From Parasitella parasitica NRRL 2501 (taxonomy: Eukaryota > Fungi > Mucoromycota), in assembly GCA_025201805.1 (NCBI GenBank), contig MU619345.1, positions 31,383-95,382 on the forward strand: a stretch of DNA of 64,000 nucleotides, given 5' to 3'. Under the pieces are notes generated by a model, which saw only the letters and a list, made by a program, of their open reading frames with translations, ran no database searches and was not told the DNA's origin. Positions within the stretch are counted from its first letter, which is position 1. The number at the start of each line of letters is the position of its first letter. Of this stretch, positions 53,343 through 64,000 are shown in pieces. The position numbers were made by a program, and so were the translations under genes.

Positions 53343-54005
53343 CTTTTTTTTAGGTCGAAATTTTTAGATCTAATGTGACAATCTATATGACTGTTGATCA
53401 CAATCATAGTGGTACAGGTACGATGGCAAAGATAGCATGCTGATGATTGCCTAATTTGTAAGCGCCAAACACAACCAAGATGTGCGGCCGAAGCAGTCGA
53501 GCACTGCTTCGATACAGCATTAAGCTATGATCTTGGAACATTCGTGAACAAATATCCCTCAAGAAAAAGTAGAATCAGCTGATTCCAAGAGATACTGACA
53601 AAGACGATACATGTCTATCATAAACATAAGGTTCAATCAACCAACCAAATTTAAAGCCTTTGCTCACAAAACCTACTCTGTAATTGAGCATCCCATGGAA
53701 TTTCTTTATTCATCATGTTTTTATATTTTATTTGTTTGCCATATATGCTTGCTCCAAGACCTTGCAAGTAATATAGTAGCCAACAAGTCATCTGGAGAAT
53801 AATAACAACAATAATAAAAAATCAACATGTAGGCAGGGCGTAAAGTGTGCGGTATAAAGCATAAAGTAATTTCCTCAAGAAGAAGCAAAAGCGAAAACAT
53901 TTATACATAGCCATGAAGTATGCGTGCATAATCTAAGGATACACATTTGGAAAATGAGTTGAAATTACACAGGAATACTAAGTCTTTCTTTATTATTTAT
54001 TATCA

Positions 54006-56894
54006 TCAAATAAAAATTTCTTTTTGTCGTTTAAAAAATTTCATTTGATAAAACGGCCTTTGTTTTTTAGAAGCTCTATTATTGCTGTTATTGCCGTAGT
54101 GCTGCAAACGAATATGACCATCAGGCATGTGTGAGGTAGGCCTGTTAGGCAACTTTGTTGAGTCGACGCCCGCATCATTATCCACGACTATCGCACTTTG
54201 CTGTCCACTTGACGAACGTCGTCGGCTCTTTTTAGTCTTTGAGAGAAACCATTGACTTATTGTAGCATGCTTGAACGTGTCAATCCACACTTGATAATTA
54301 GTCTCTTGTCGAAGAAGCATCAACAAGGACATTTCCCTGTCTCGTCTTCGGGCCTGGTATTCCTCTGGCGACAAATTGGCCGACGAAGCAGGAGTTGGTT
54401 GATTGCGACTAGTCACTGGAGCTGACGGATGTCCTGGATGTGATGTTTGATCATACTCATCGTCGTAGTATCTGATTTGGCTAGTGGTATTAGAACTGGG
54501 CGTTGAACGAGCATATATGTTTTGAATTAAGTTTGCAAGGACTTGTTCCTTGGCTTTTGACTCCTGTTCTACCTCTCTTTTATATGCTTCTGCTTCGGTT
54601 TCTTTCTTTTTTGGAATGCTGTTGTTGTTTGCTACGCTTCTGGGAGTAGGGGTAACGGATTGGGAGACGGAAGGTTCTGATGAAGCTGTACAATCGCTAT
54701 CACCATCACCGTCACTGTCTGATGCAAGATTTCTTTGATTCTGGAGTCGTTGCATTTGTGCTTGATAATGTTGTACTGATACTCCTACCGGAAGTTTGCC
54801 CAACTGTTTATCTGAAAGGGTAGCAGGAGCAGGAACAGGAGCAGAAGCATTGTCTTCTTTGGATGCCATGGATTTCAATGAGCTGCAGCTTTGTCCATCA
54901 ACAACGCCATTCATGCGTAGGTCGTTATTTGTTACTACCTCTGATTCACTTCCATCAGAGTCTTTTGGAAACTGGTAAAGTTTTGTGTAGCCATCGAGCC
55001 ATTGAGACTTTTGCTCTGGCTCACCAAAAAAGGGGGTGGGCACTCTAGTCGTCTTTTTGGGTATACGATGTGATTTTCTAGTTGTGGAGATGTTTGAAGC
55101 TGTAGATTTTCGATTGTCCTTCTTTTCTGCACTAGACGAAGCGTCGTTGCTATTATTGTTGCGATCTTTTGGTGGCGGTAACTTATTGTGATTGAGGTTG
55201 CTAGGTGATGCCTGCTTGACTGTAGGTTTGTAGCGTGTGGCATAGTGAGCAACTTTAGGTCTGTCATCTGCAGCAACAAGCTCTATTTTCCATTGGTAGT
55301 CTGCCGTAGGGAGCATCTGCCCTCCCTCGAGTTTTTCCATGTAAACATCGGCATGTCTGGGGTATGTTTGGTTTGCAACATTACTGCGTCCTAAATTGTT
55401 AAAGTTGCCCATGTCATGCTCTTGACTCGAAACAGAATTACTGGTAAGTTGGGTGACATTTGATTCGAGTTCTTCCGCCGAAAAGAAAGTGTATTGATCA
55501 TCGACACTCATGAGGCTGTTATTCACTGGACTGTTGGATGCTGAGCGGGATGGCGCAAAGTAGTTGACAAACGTGCGTAGAAAGTATGAATTCTGGTGTA
55601 GCAGCACAGTATCGCCATCTTTCAAGCAATTCAGACGTGAAAGGGCATAGTCTACGTGGAATGTATTGGAGTTGTTGCGATTGCTATATTCATATTCTTT
55701 TGTTGCTAAATGCCAGCTGTCACTCGGTTGCTGGCGGTCTAGCTTGGCAGCACATGTTTGTCTTGAAGCGGGCCCAACTTCTTTGGTAAGAAACGCCTCG
55801 TCATGGTCTGAGCACAGAAACAAACTGGACCCTAGAACTACAAATGGAGACGGTAAGCCGGCATCGCGAAACTTCCAGACCAAATGCTGGCTTGTGTCAA
55901 CGGGGTTTTCAACAGGAACCATAACCGCAGCATGCTTGTCATCCTCATCAGCTGATTCTTGTTGTTGTTGTTGCTGCCGACCCAGATAATACCCAGTGCC
56001 CTCGTTCTTGAGTGTAAACAATGAATCGTTCAGCACAATGAGCGATGAAAATTGATGTATCATGTCAATCATGAAGGCTTTCTTTTCAGCCTCGGCTGCT
56101 GGAAAGAATTCATACATAGGTCGCAAGCCAGTTCTCCAAACAATCTTGAAGGTTTGCTGGGTATATTCTTGATCGTGGTTCAAAGGATTTCGCTATACGA
56201 AAACCAAAAGATGCGTTAGGTTTATGAAGCAGCAAATATATCTACATATACACAGGATATTTACGTTTCTCAGCCATTCTCGATATTCGTCGGTGTAGCC
56301 TATGAATTAAGTGTGTTAGGTACTGCTTGCTGATTATTTTGTCGTAGCTACAATACTTAGAAGCGCCTTTTGTGGCCACAAAAAGCCATACTTGTTCCAG
56401 ATTTGGCACAATTTGTCCCATGACACTTGTGGATTGCGATGCCAGTGCTCTTGAGCCTTGGTTAGTTCATCGTTAAAATCTATGGCTAGAGCTGCAACTT
56501 TGTTCAATGTCACATATGCATCAATATTGACTCTACTATTATGGTTCTTGTGCTTCCCCATGGTCTTGAGCATAATAAATTCGGCATTGTTCCTGAATAT
56601 CGAAGCACAGATGGCCAGCGAATTTTTGGTTATTGTATCATCTTGATGCAACACGCCCGACTGTACCAGATTCTCTGTCCACTGTGAATATGTGACGACA
56701 GATGAATAGAAATTTTCGAGCATGCAGACAGGCTCGCCATCATTCGAAACTTGTACATAAATTTCAGGCATGTCTTTGATGATGAAGGTGTGTTTCTGCG
56801 CCAAATTACCATTGGGCGCTATTCCAAAATTCCAATTTTTGATCTCGCCGAGAAAACGATGTGTATCAAACTTGTCGATGAGAAAATAATTCAT
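54006..56894 (-). CDS. Large protein: MACPF-like N-terminal domain, possible beta-trefoil/MIR-like middle, long disordered tail; true start may lie in an upstream exon
   Basis: WNKYGFLWPQKALL, then through a small exon YREWLRN..FKIVWRTGLRPMYEFF; 725-aa last exon. Confidence 0.6.
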
Positions 56895-59442
56895 CTAAAT
56901 TAAATGAGATTTGGCAGTATGAAAGAGTAAAGTGATAGGGAGAAAGAAAGAGAGCACTAACGTATTTTTGTGAGGATGTTACGAGCTGATGATAATGGGA
57001 ATGTGGAACCATTGATGTGACTGTAATCGTGCAATGTACAATGAACAAATGCCATCTTATCAAAAGTCATTGGAACAATGTACCCATACCCAATGTGTCT
57101 GGAGCTCGCTCAAGTAGAGTCATATGCATACAGAACTCTTTGCAATCTGACAATACACATTGGTTTAAAAAGCAAAGGACGTACAGATTAACTTGTGAAA
57201 AAAAGACTTTCCAAAATACTAACACCATGATGCAGCATATTAATGTTTGCAACTGATTGTGTTACACTTTGAAGAAGACAAGAGCACCACGGGATGCTGG
57301 ATTTGGTAACTTGTTTGCAACGTTCACTTATCTTCTGCTGCTCCTGCTGGCTTGTGATTTTTCTTGAAAAAAAAAAAGGGCGCTTAGTAACCCATGATGA
57401 TGCATAGCGTAAGATGATCATTCTTTTCAAGGGTGCACAACTTCGATTTATGTGGGCTTCGGTGACACTATACTAAGGTATTTTTCAAGCCATTGACACT
57501 CTCTCTGGAGAATTTTCTTTATAGGAACACTGAAATGTATAATTCACCAGACATATTGTGAATAGTGCAAGGAGTAGAAAGCTCTAAGCTCTTAAAGCGC
57601 TCTAAATGTGAGATACATAATGCTATTGCAGCCTCTGATTTTCAGATGCAATCGAAAGCAAGCTGCAAAATTTAAACAATAAACAATGTAAAGGAATATA
57701 GCTATATGTGTACCGATCTAATTTGGTAGTTGAATCTGTACACGTTACTCTATTTCTGTTATGCTATTGCTGCTTGAAATTAGTCAAGTTTGCCCCATTC
57801 CCTAAGCATATTATTTCGTATCTAGTAATGTACATTTGGAGAGGAAACTGGCCATGTACGGTATAGCTCGTACTAATCTCTCCACAAACGCCAATATTTG
57901 GGTCATTTAATGTAACAGTCAACTGCTCCTCCAACATAACTGCAATGATAAGATACGGCATCACGCACAGAGAAGGTATTGCTGTCTCGAGTTCCTAGCA
58001 TAGAGCTGAACATTTTGCTTCAAATTTTTATATAAACACATTAATGCTTGTGCATATCAATAAAGATTTCGAGCACCATTTTCACGTTGGTAATATCAGT
58101 TTTTCCCTGAATTTGGACGTGTTAAATTGACCTGAACATATACTATGTCTATAGTGTTCGCTTCAGGAATACTAAATTTCTGGAACGTCTCTCGCACTCT
58201 TTTTGAATTATTTTGGACGCTTTCACGAGGTCAAGTTTTCCATATAACAAATACTGTATCTTAAGGTACTCTTCATTTTGTAGAACCTACAATTTTTTTA
58301 TTTTTGACATTTTCAGCTTCTCTTATACGTTCTCATATTGGCTACACCAAACACTGAAACCTCGTTTCTAAAAGTCTCAAGTATATAAAGTTATCTAAGA
58401 GCACCAGGTATTTTATAGTAAATAAATGATTTTTTTTCATGATCAGTTATATTTACGGAATGATCTATTTCTTTTGTTTTTAAGAAAACTTGGGAGTGAC
58501 CAAAACTGGCTTCAACTGAGTCAACAAAAGAACCACTATAAATAAAAGTAGAAAGTGTTTAACTGTATGTTCAAACTATTCTTTGATTTACAAACTCTGG
58601 AAAGGAATTCAGCATATAATATTACCAAAGAGATTCAGGTAGTAGTAGGAGATGCTCTCCCACACCCAGTCCATATGTTCTTGATGCTATTTCTTGCAAG
58701 GGCAAAATCCCTATCCAGATTAATCAGCAAATAGTTGGAACCTCTTGTGTGGAGGTATATAGCAAAGGATAGGTCTGATTTGATTGCGATTATGAATTTA
58801 TTCGAAAAACACTTGCTGACGAATGATACAATCCTTCAGATTGAAGTATTAATCAGAGATGCAAGTGTTATTTAAAGTGCCACGTTCAGTTATTTCAGCG
58901 TTGGTTGAATCTATAAGGGTTGGTCCTTATTTGCTAGAGTTATTTGCTATAATGATAAAACTAATGCCCAATGATGTTTTCTCAGATAACTTCAATATTG
59001 GTGATATACATCAAGTATTTGTCTTTACGAAATCTATTAAAAATATTTGAACTCTGAATGGACAATGTGTTGAGAACAATTGTTGATGTGGGCTTGTGTT
59101 TAATGAATGTGGCATTAGATACTGCTCTCCAAATTGTATGAATCATCCATATATTTACACATCATCAAATAGCAAATGCCATTGTAAATGCGGGACAATC
59201 AAACATCTGACCGTACTCAGGACAGCTTGGGCAACTTGTGTCTATCAATATCAAGGCAGCCAAATGTCCGGCAACTCGGCACTACATACTCATAGGTTTG
59301 ATTGGTTTGGTATAGTAGGACGTCATGATCAAGCGCAATAGGACGACGCGTCAATGTTGTACACTATATTACGTTTTTCAACAGAAAGCATCATTTGCGA
59401 TTCTTTTTTCTACACTACTTTCAATTAAACAGCTAAATCACC

Positions 59443-60473
59443 ATGGACCATTTTCCTTCCAACTGGGGCAAATCTCGCTCTGAAAACACAGATGCATATA
59501 ACACTGTGCCCATGTATAAAACGGTTCCAGACCACCTTGCCGAGTCTGCCTATGGGCCTATGACCAGAACACAGTAAGATAGAGATAGCAAACACTGTAG
59601 AGCGTATCGATTTAAAAGAAAAAAAAAAAAAACAATAGGCAACCTTTGGTTACAGGTACATCTATTCTTGCTTTCAAGTACAGAGATGGCATTATGATGG
59701 CTGCAGATATGCTTGGTGCGTGTGTAATTTGAATAAACAAACGTACGTCTCGTCTAACGGTAGGTTATATCAAAATAGGCTCATATGGCTCTTTGGCCCG
59801 TTTCCGTGATATCAAAAGATTGCATCCCGTTGGAGAAAACACTGTGGTTGGCGCCTCTGGAGATATCTCAGACTACCAATACATTCAACATCTGTTAGAT
59901 TCTATCATGTAAAATCATCTTCATAAATGCACATTCGACAGCATGCTAAACGAGAGTTATATAGGGTCAAGGAGCATTGTGCTGATGACGGACACGTTTT
60001 AGGCACTCCGCATATCTACGAATATTTATGGAGAGTCATGTACAACAGAAGATCCAAGTTCAACCCTCTTTGGAACTCTTTAGTTGTCGGTGGAATTAAC
60101 AAGGGCGAGAAATTCCTTGGCTATGTTGATTTAAGAGGTACAACCTATCAATCTACTACAATTGCTACTGGATTTGGTGCGCATTTAGCACAGCCTATTT
60201 TGAGAAAAAGAGTTGAGGGTAGAGAAGACGAATTAACAGAGGAAGAAGCTATCAAAATCATGGATGAATGCTTGAAAGTATTATTTTACAGAGATGCTAG
60301 ATCAATGAACAAGGTAGATTCATTTTTTGTGATTGATAAGAACATTATTAACACATATAATTCTACAGTTCCAAAGAGCAAAGATCACCGAGAGCGGTTT
60401 AGAATTGACCGAACCATATTCTTTGGAGACCGAATGGGCTTTCGCAGAGAACATTCGTGGTTACGGTGCTTGA
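59443..60473 (+). CDS. PRE4: 20S proteasome beta-7 subunit
   Basis: TRTQ-QPLVTGTS, GSYGSLARFRD, VMYNRRSKFNPLWNSLVVGG, ATGFGAHLAQPILR, VLFYRDARS. Confidence 0.96.
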
Positions 60474-60539
60474 CAAAATTATGAGTGATAATAAGAAAAA
60501 AAAAAAAAAAAAAAAAAAAAAAGAAATACGAAAACGCTC

Positions 60540-61647
60540 TTATTTGCACAATTCTTTATCAGTGGGGCTTTGCCATGTGTAATTTTTGTAAGGTTTGAAA
60601 TAGCTATGAATCTCTTCTAGTACCATTTCTTCCTTTTCAGAGTTTTTGCGGGTTTTGACATCTATCAAGCAACGAATAGCGTCTACAACTTCAGACTTTC
60701 TAGCAAGCCCAATGACGGTAGAATTCAATTGGAATTCATCTCTACCTTGGAAGGAGAAGCGAGATGCTAGATCAGAAATAGACAATCCATTTTCCGCTGC
60801 TTTTGCAGCTGATTTGTCGGCAGCCTCACGAATACTAGCATGAGCAGGATGCCAATCAGGTGTTTTACCATCACGCAGTAAGGCCATGCAAAGAGGTGAA
60901 GCATTCATTAGGTACCTGACGCCTGCAGCTCTGAATTTAGGGGCATATTCGGCAAAAAGAGTGTTTTGAAGCGTGTAATGGCAGTAGGAAAGGATGATAT
61001 CGAGAGGTTGACCCTTGGCATGTTGATGTTCAGCAACTTTCAATAAAACATCCAGAGGATATGCTGAGCAGCCAACGTATTTAATCTTGCCTTGAGATTT
61101 GAGATCGAATAATGCTTCTAATGCTTGCTTAGGACCAACAACATCTTCAAACTTTACAAATTCGACATCATGACAGTAGACAACATCAAGATAGTCAGTA
61201 TGCAGACGCTTCATACTTTCAGCAACACTTTCATATGTCTTTTTGGCGCTGTAATCAAAGTCTTTGACTGTGTAGCCAAATCGGCCTGTTTTTGTGGCTA
61301 AATAGTAGGTTTCTCTAGGAAATTCATCACGGATCTTAAGCAAAGCATCACCGAGAATATGCTCACTATTTCCGTAGTAAGGAGATGTATCAAATGAGTT
61401 GATTCCTGTAAGGTAACATGTTAGACTTGGGAGGTCATTTAGAATTGGCATTTCTACTAACCAGATAAAAGCGCTTCTCGGCAGGCTTCGACCGCATCTA
61501 ATTCAGTAAATTCGTCATAATTTCCTGATAAAGCGCCTGCTCCAAAGGATACATCAGAGGTGTCGAATTTTTCTTGATTAACAGGCTACAATCATCTATT
61601 AATATAAAACTACAATTGAGTATTCTTGCATTCCTCACTTTGGCCAT
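60540..61647 (-). CDS. Aldo-keto reductase, D-arabinose / L-galactose dehydrogenase (Ara2-like)
   Basis: 9-nt first exon MAK; FGAGALSG, FDTSPYYG, LATKTGR, LDVVYCHDVEF, ILSYCHY, PDWHPA. Confidence 0.88.
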
Positions 61648-62449
61648 TTTAAATAAAGAAACAATGAGAAGACAAGTGAGATTAGTCGCGGAGAGGTAAA
61701 AGGACCAACGATATACCCACCAGGATGACGGAATCTAAGCAGCGCGCACAACCCTCTTCCCGTTACCCATCACTTCTTGTGTCGTGTAACTAAGGATTAG
61801 CAAGTTAAAATTATTCTACCTGAACTTCTGTTGGTTATTTGTTTGATTAAAATATACAAGAGATGAAAGTGTGAGATAACTAAGAGTGGGGTAGTGGTAA
61901 TTTATAGGTTAATGTATTATGAATCGTGATACGTTAACGACGGAGACAGAATATTGAAAGATGAGCGCCCTCAGAACAATACAAAGTTCCAACATTATTT
62001 ACTCTGCTTTGAGAGCTTTTATTTTAGATGAAAATACAGGACCATTTATTTCATGCTTTGTTTCATGCGCATATATTTTACTTATAATTTTCTGAAGTGT
62101 TTACGTATTAGTTTTTAAAAATGAGATGTGCTTGGCTTAACGCCCACTTCTCGAATATCAGCAAACTGGAATGGAACTGAAAAAACCAACCAAAGCATTG
62201 TTAATTCCATTCCTTCTTGGTTTATGTTTGTTTTGCTTTTTTTTTTTTTTTTTTTNNNNNNNNNNAGCGTGAGCAGAAACCGTAGGTTCCTCATGCCTCG
62301 TGCCTCATGCTTTCTTACGTGAACACTTTAGTTAAATGATGGCAATGACACAGAAATAACAGAAATAACGTGTTACATTTTATCATTACTTTTAAAAATG
62401 ATGAAACTAGCATTAATGTAATGTCAATAGCTTTTATTTGCGAGCAATC

Positions 62450-63630
62450 ACGTTAAGTAGATGGCATTGCCCAATTACTTGCAGCATTGTCATCATTTGA
62501 GAGCCGAGCGCTTTAAATTTGGTGCGATTTTGCTTAATTCTGGAATTACCCCTTCATCAATGATGGCGCCACTTTTCCTCAACCTAACCAAATTGTTCAA
62601 GACCACAATATCAAATACTGGTGGAAATGCAATCAACATGTCGGCAAACTTCAAAGTTTCAATGCTTGGAATTGTCATGAGCAAATCGAAGAAATTATGA
62701 TCCTTCGTCGTGGTCTTCAGATCATTCCCCTACTATAGGCAAATATACTAATATTGTAAGTCGCGTATTTAGTCGGTGATAGTAGCATATGACCATTCTG
62801 TGATAAAGCTTCTTGCGGCGCGTTCAGCTTTGGTCTTGAGTTCAACAGGCTGATGGCAATGGTACAAAAGTTATTTTATCATTGCAACAGGAAAGGATCG
62901 GCAGGTGTAAATGGTGGATTTGGGGTATTTCATCTTCAACAACATTCAGCAGTAATGGATTCACACTAGCCTATAAAGAAGGTAAGGTTTAAGGCACACG
63001 TTAAGTGAACAGCCTCATGAAACAGGAACTTGCGGGTGTATTACGGATATTGTTTCTTGATTTCGATTTGTTTTTAATAGTTTCCCACTTCTTAACAGCT
63101 TGGTGATACACTCTGGTCTCTTTGACACGTCCATGCTCGGATAAATGATGATACAATATTCAGGCACTTTCCCGCGATAACAGGCAGGCTACATCGACCA
63201 CCTAGAGATTGGATAGATGCGAGGTAACATGCTTTGCCAAAGCTTCAGGCATGTGTCGATCACCTATAGTCAATTTTTCTCGAAATAGGGTGTCTTCTTC
63301 ACTAGGAAATAGTATAGTGGCTGCAGTAGAGCGCTTGATGATTAAATGCCTAAACCGTTTGCACATCAGAGACAGACAGTTGTTGAGAGCTATTTCGATA
63401 TGGATAACGATTATTTCCAAAGACAAATAAATAAAGAGACTACAAGCGATTATATCACGGAGAACGTTGGGTCTTTATTGATGATTGAAAAAGGAAGCCA
63501 GGATTGCTCTGGTCCTGGTTTCTAAAAGTCTTATACAATTCCATTTAAATGTCAGTGTCCATGTTGGAATCGAGATGAAATTCAACCTCCATTTAACGTG
63601 GCTCTTCAGGTAGACGACAGATACTAAAAC
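62450..63630 (-). pseudogene. Possible decayed F-box/LRR-like gene
   Basis: Protein-like fragments (CRLPEE; IPSIETLKF; LNNLVRL; IAPNLKR) broken by stops; no intact splice model found. Confidence 0.3.
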
Positions 63631-63776
63631 TAAATATACTGATAGAGTAAATGAACTATAAGACCAAACGAAAGCCACAATGTTAAGACCGTTAATAAAA
63701 AATAGCGCAAAGAGTAATCGCATACGTACCAACAAAAGAGATGGTTATGTTGTAAAAAAATTATATAGAAGAAAAA

Positions 63777-63880
63777 GAGGATGAGTTTCTGATAGTAATA
63801 GGCTTTATAGAGTTTCTAAATTTACCGAATATAGCCCTCATCGAGGGCAGGCCTATATTCTTTTCTTGTTCAGAAAGACA
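63777..63880 (-). ncRNA. Candidate omega-RNA scaffold overlapping the 3' end of the putative Fanzor ORF; boundaries are estimates
   Basis: Hairpin GAATATA-GGCCT-GCCCTC-GAT-GAGGGC-TATATTC (63860-63827) spans the stop codon. Confidence 0.4.
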
Positions 63881-64000
63881 TCAGCAAGTTTGTTGAAATT
63901 GTCAGTTCTTGAAAAACTGGTTTTTGGGTCGAAGGATGGGAATGTCACGCCGAAGACGAGTTGGGCCACACCTGCCAAACCGATCGCAAGAGCACTGAGA
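63853..64000 (-). CDS. C-terminal 48 aa of an ORF entering from beyond the window; candidate Fanzor (TnpB-like) nuclease
   Basis: LSALAIGLAGVAQLVFGVTFPSFDPKTSFSRTDNFNKLADVFLNKKRI*; resembles the segment after the RuvC-III RD motif in Mucorales Fanzor-like proteins (recalled, not searched). Confidence 0.55.
   Translation of the reverse strand, partial: LSALAIGLAGVAQLVFGVTFPSFDPKTSFSRTDNFNKLADVFLNKKRI

Noticed and set aside
57900-59100. Possible decayed gene upstream of PRE4
   Set aside because: Stops in all frames checked; nothing recognisable
60313-60484. TKL C-terminus (PTS1-like) of the PRE4 ORF-track product
   Set aside because: Arises only if the last intron is retained; the spliced protein ends RGYGA

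Overview
Gene-dense, AT-rich eukaryotic DNA with many short (about 50-70 nt) introns and six N-gaps. Gene content (cry-DASH, HOG1, MDM12, Sel1 protein, LaeA-like methyltransferase) and architecture indicate a fungus, most likely Mucorales (inference). About 23 intact protein-coding genes were reconstructed by hand, plus a U2 snRNA gene (53.1-53.3 kb, minus) and a transposon graveyard at about 33.9-36.4 kb (a chromovirus chromodomain relic abutting a tyrosine-recombinase fragment framed by a 39-bp inverted repeat). The best candidate for an unusual system is at the right edge. The last 48 codons of a minus-strand ORF (absent from the ORF track) resemble the C-terminus of fungal Fanzor/TnpB-like RNA-guided nucleases, and a hairpin over its stop codon could be the omega-RNA. 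Only the tail is visible, so this is a hypothesis. Other notable items: a cyanobacterial/plant-type oligopeptidase A whose stop lies 2 bp from the MDM12 stop, a MACPF-like protein, a secreted Gly/Asn 11-mer-repeat orphan, a short Nup133, three GC-AG introns and an 8-nt microexon. All family calls come from motif recognition, not database searches.
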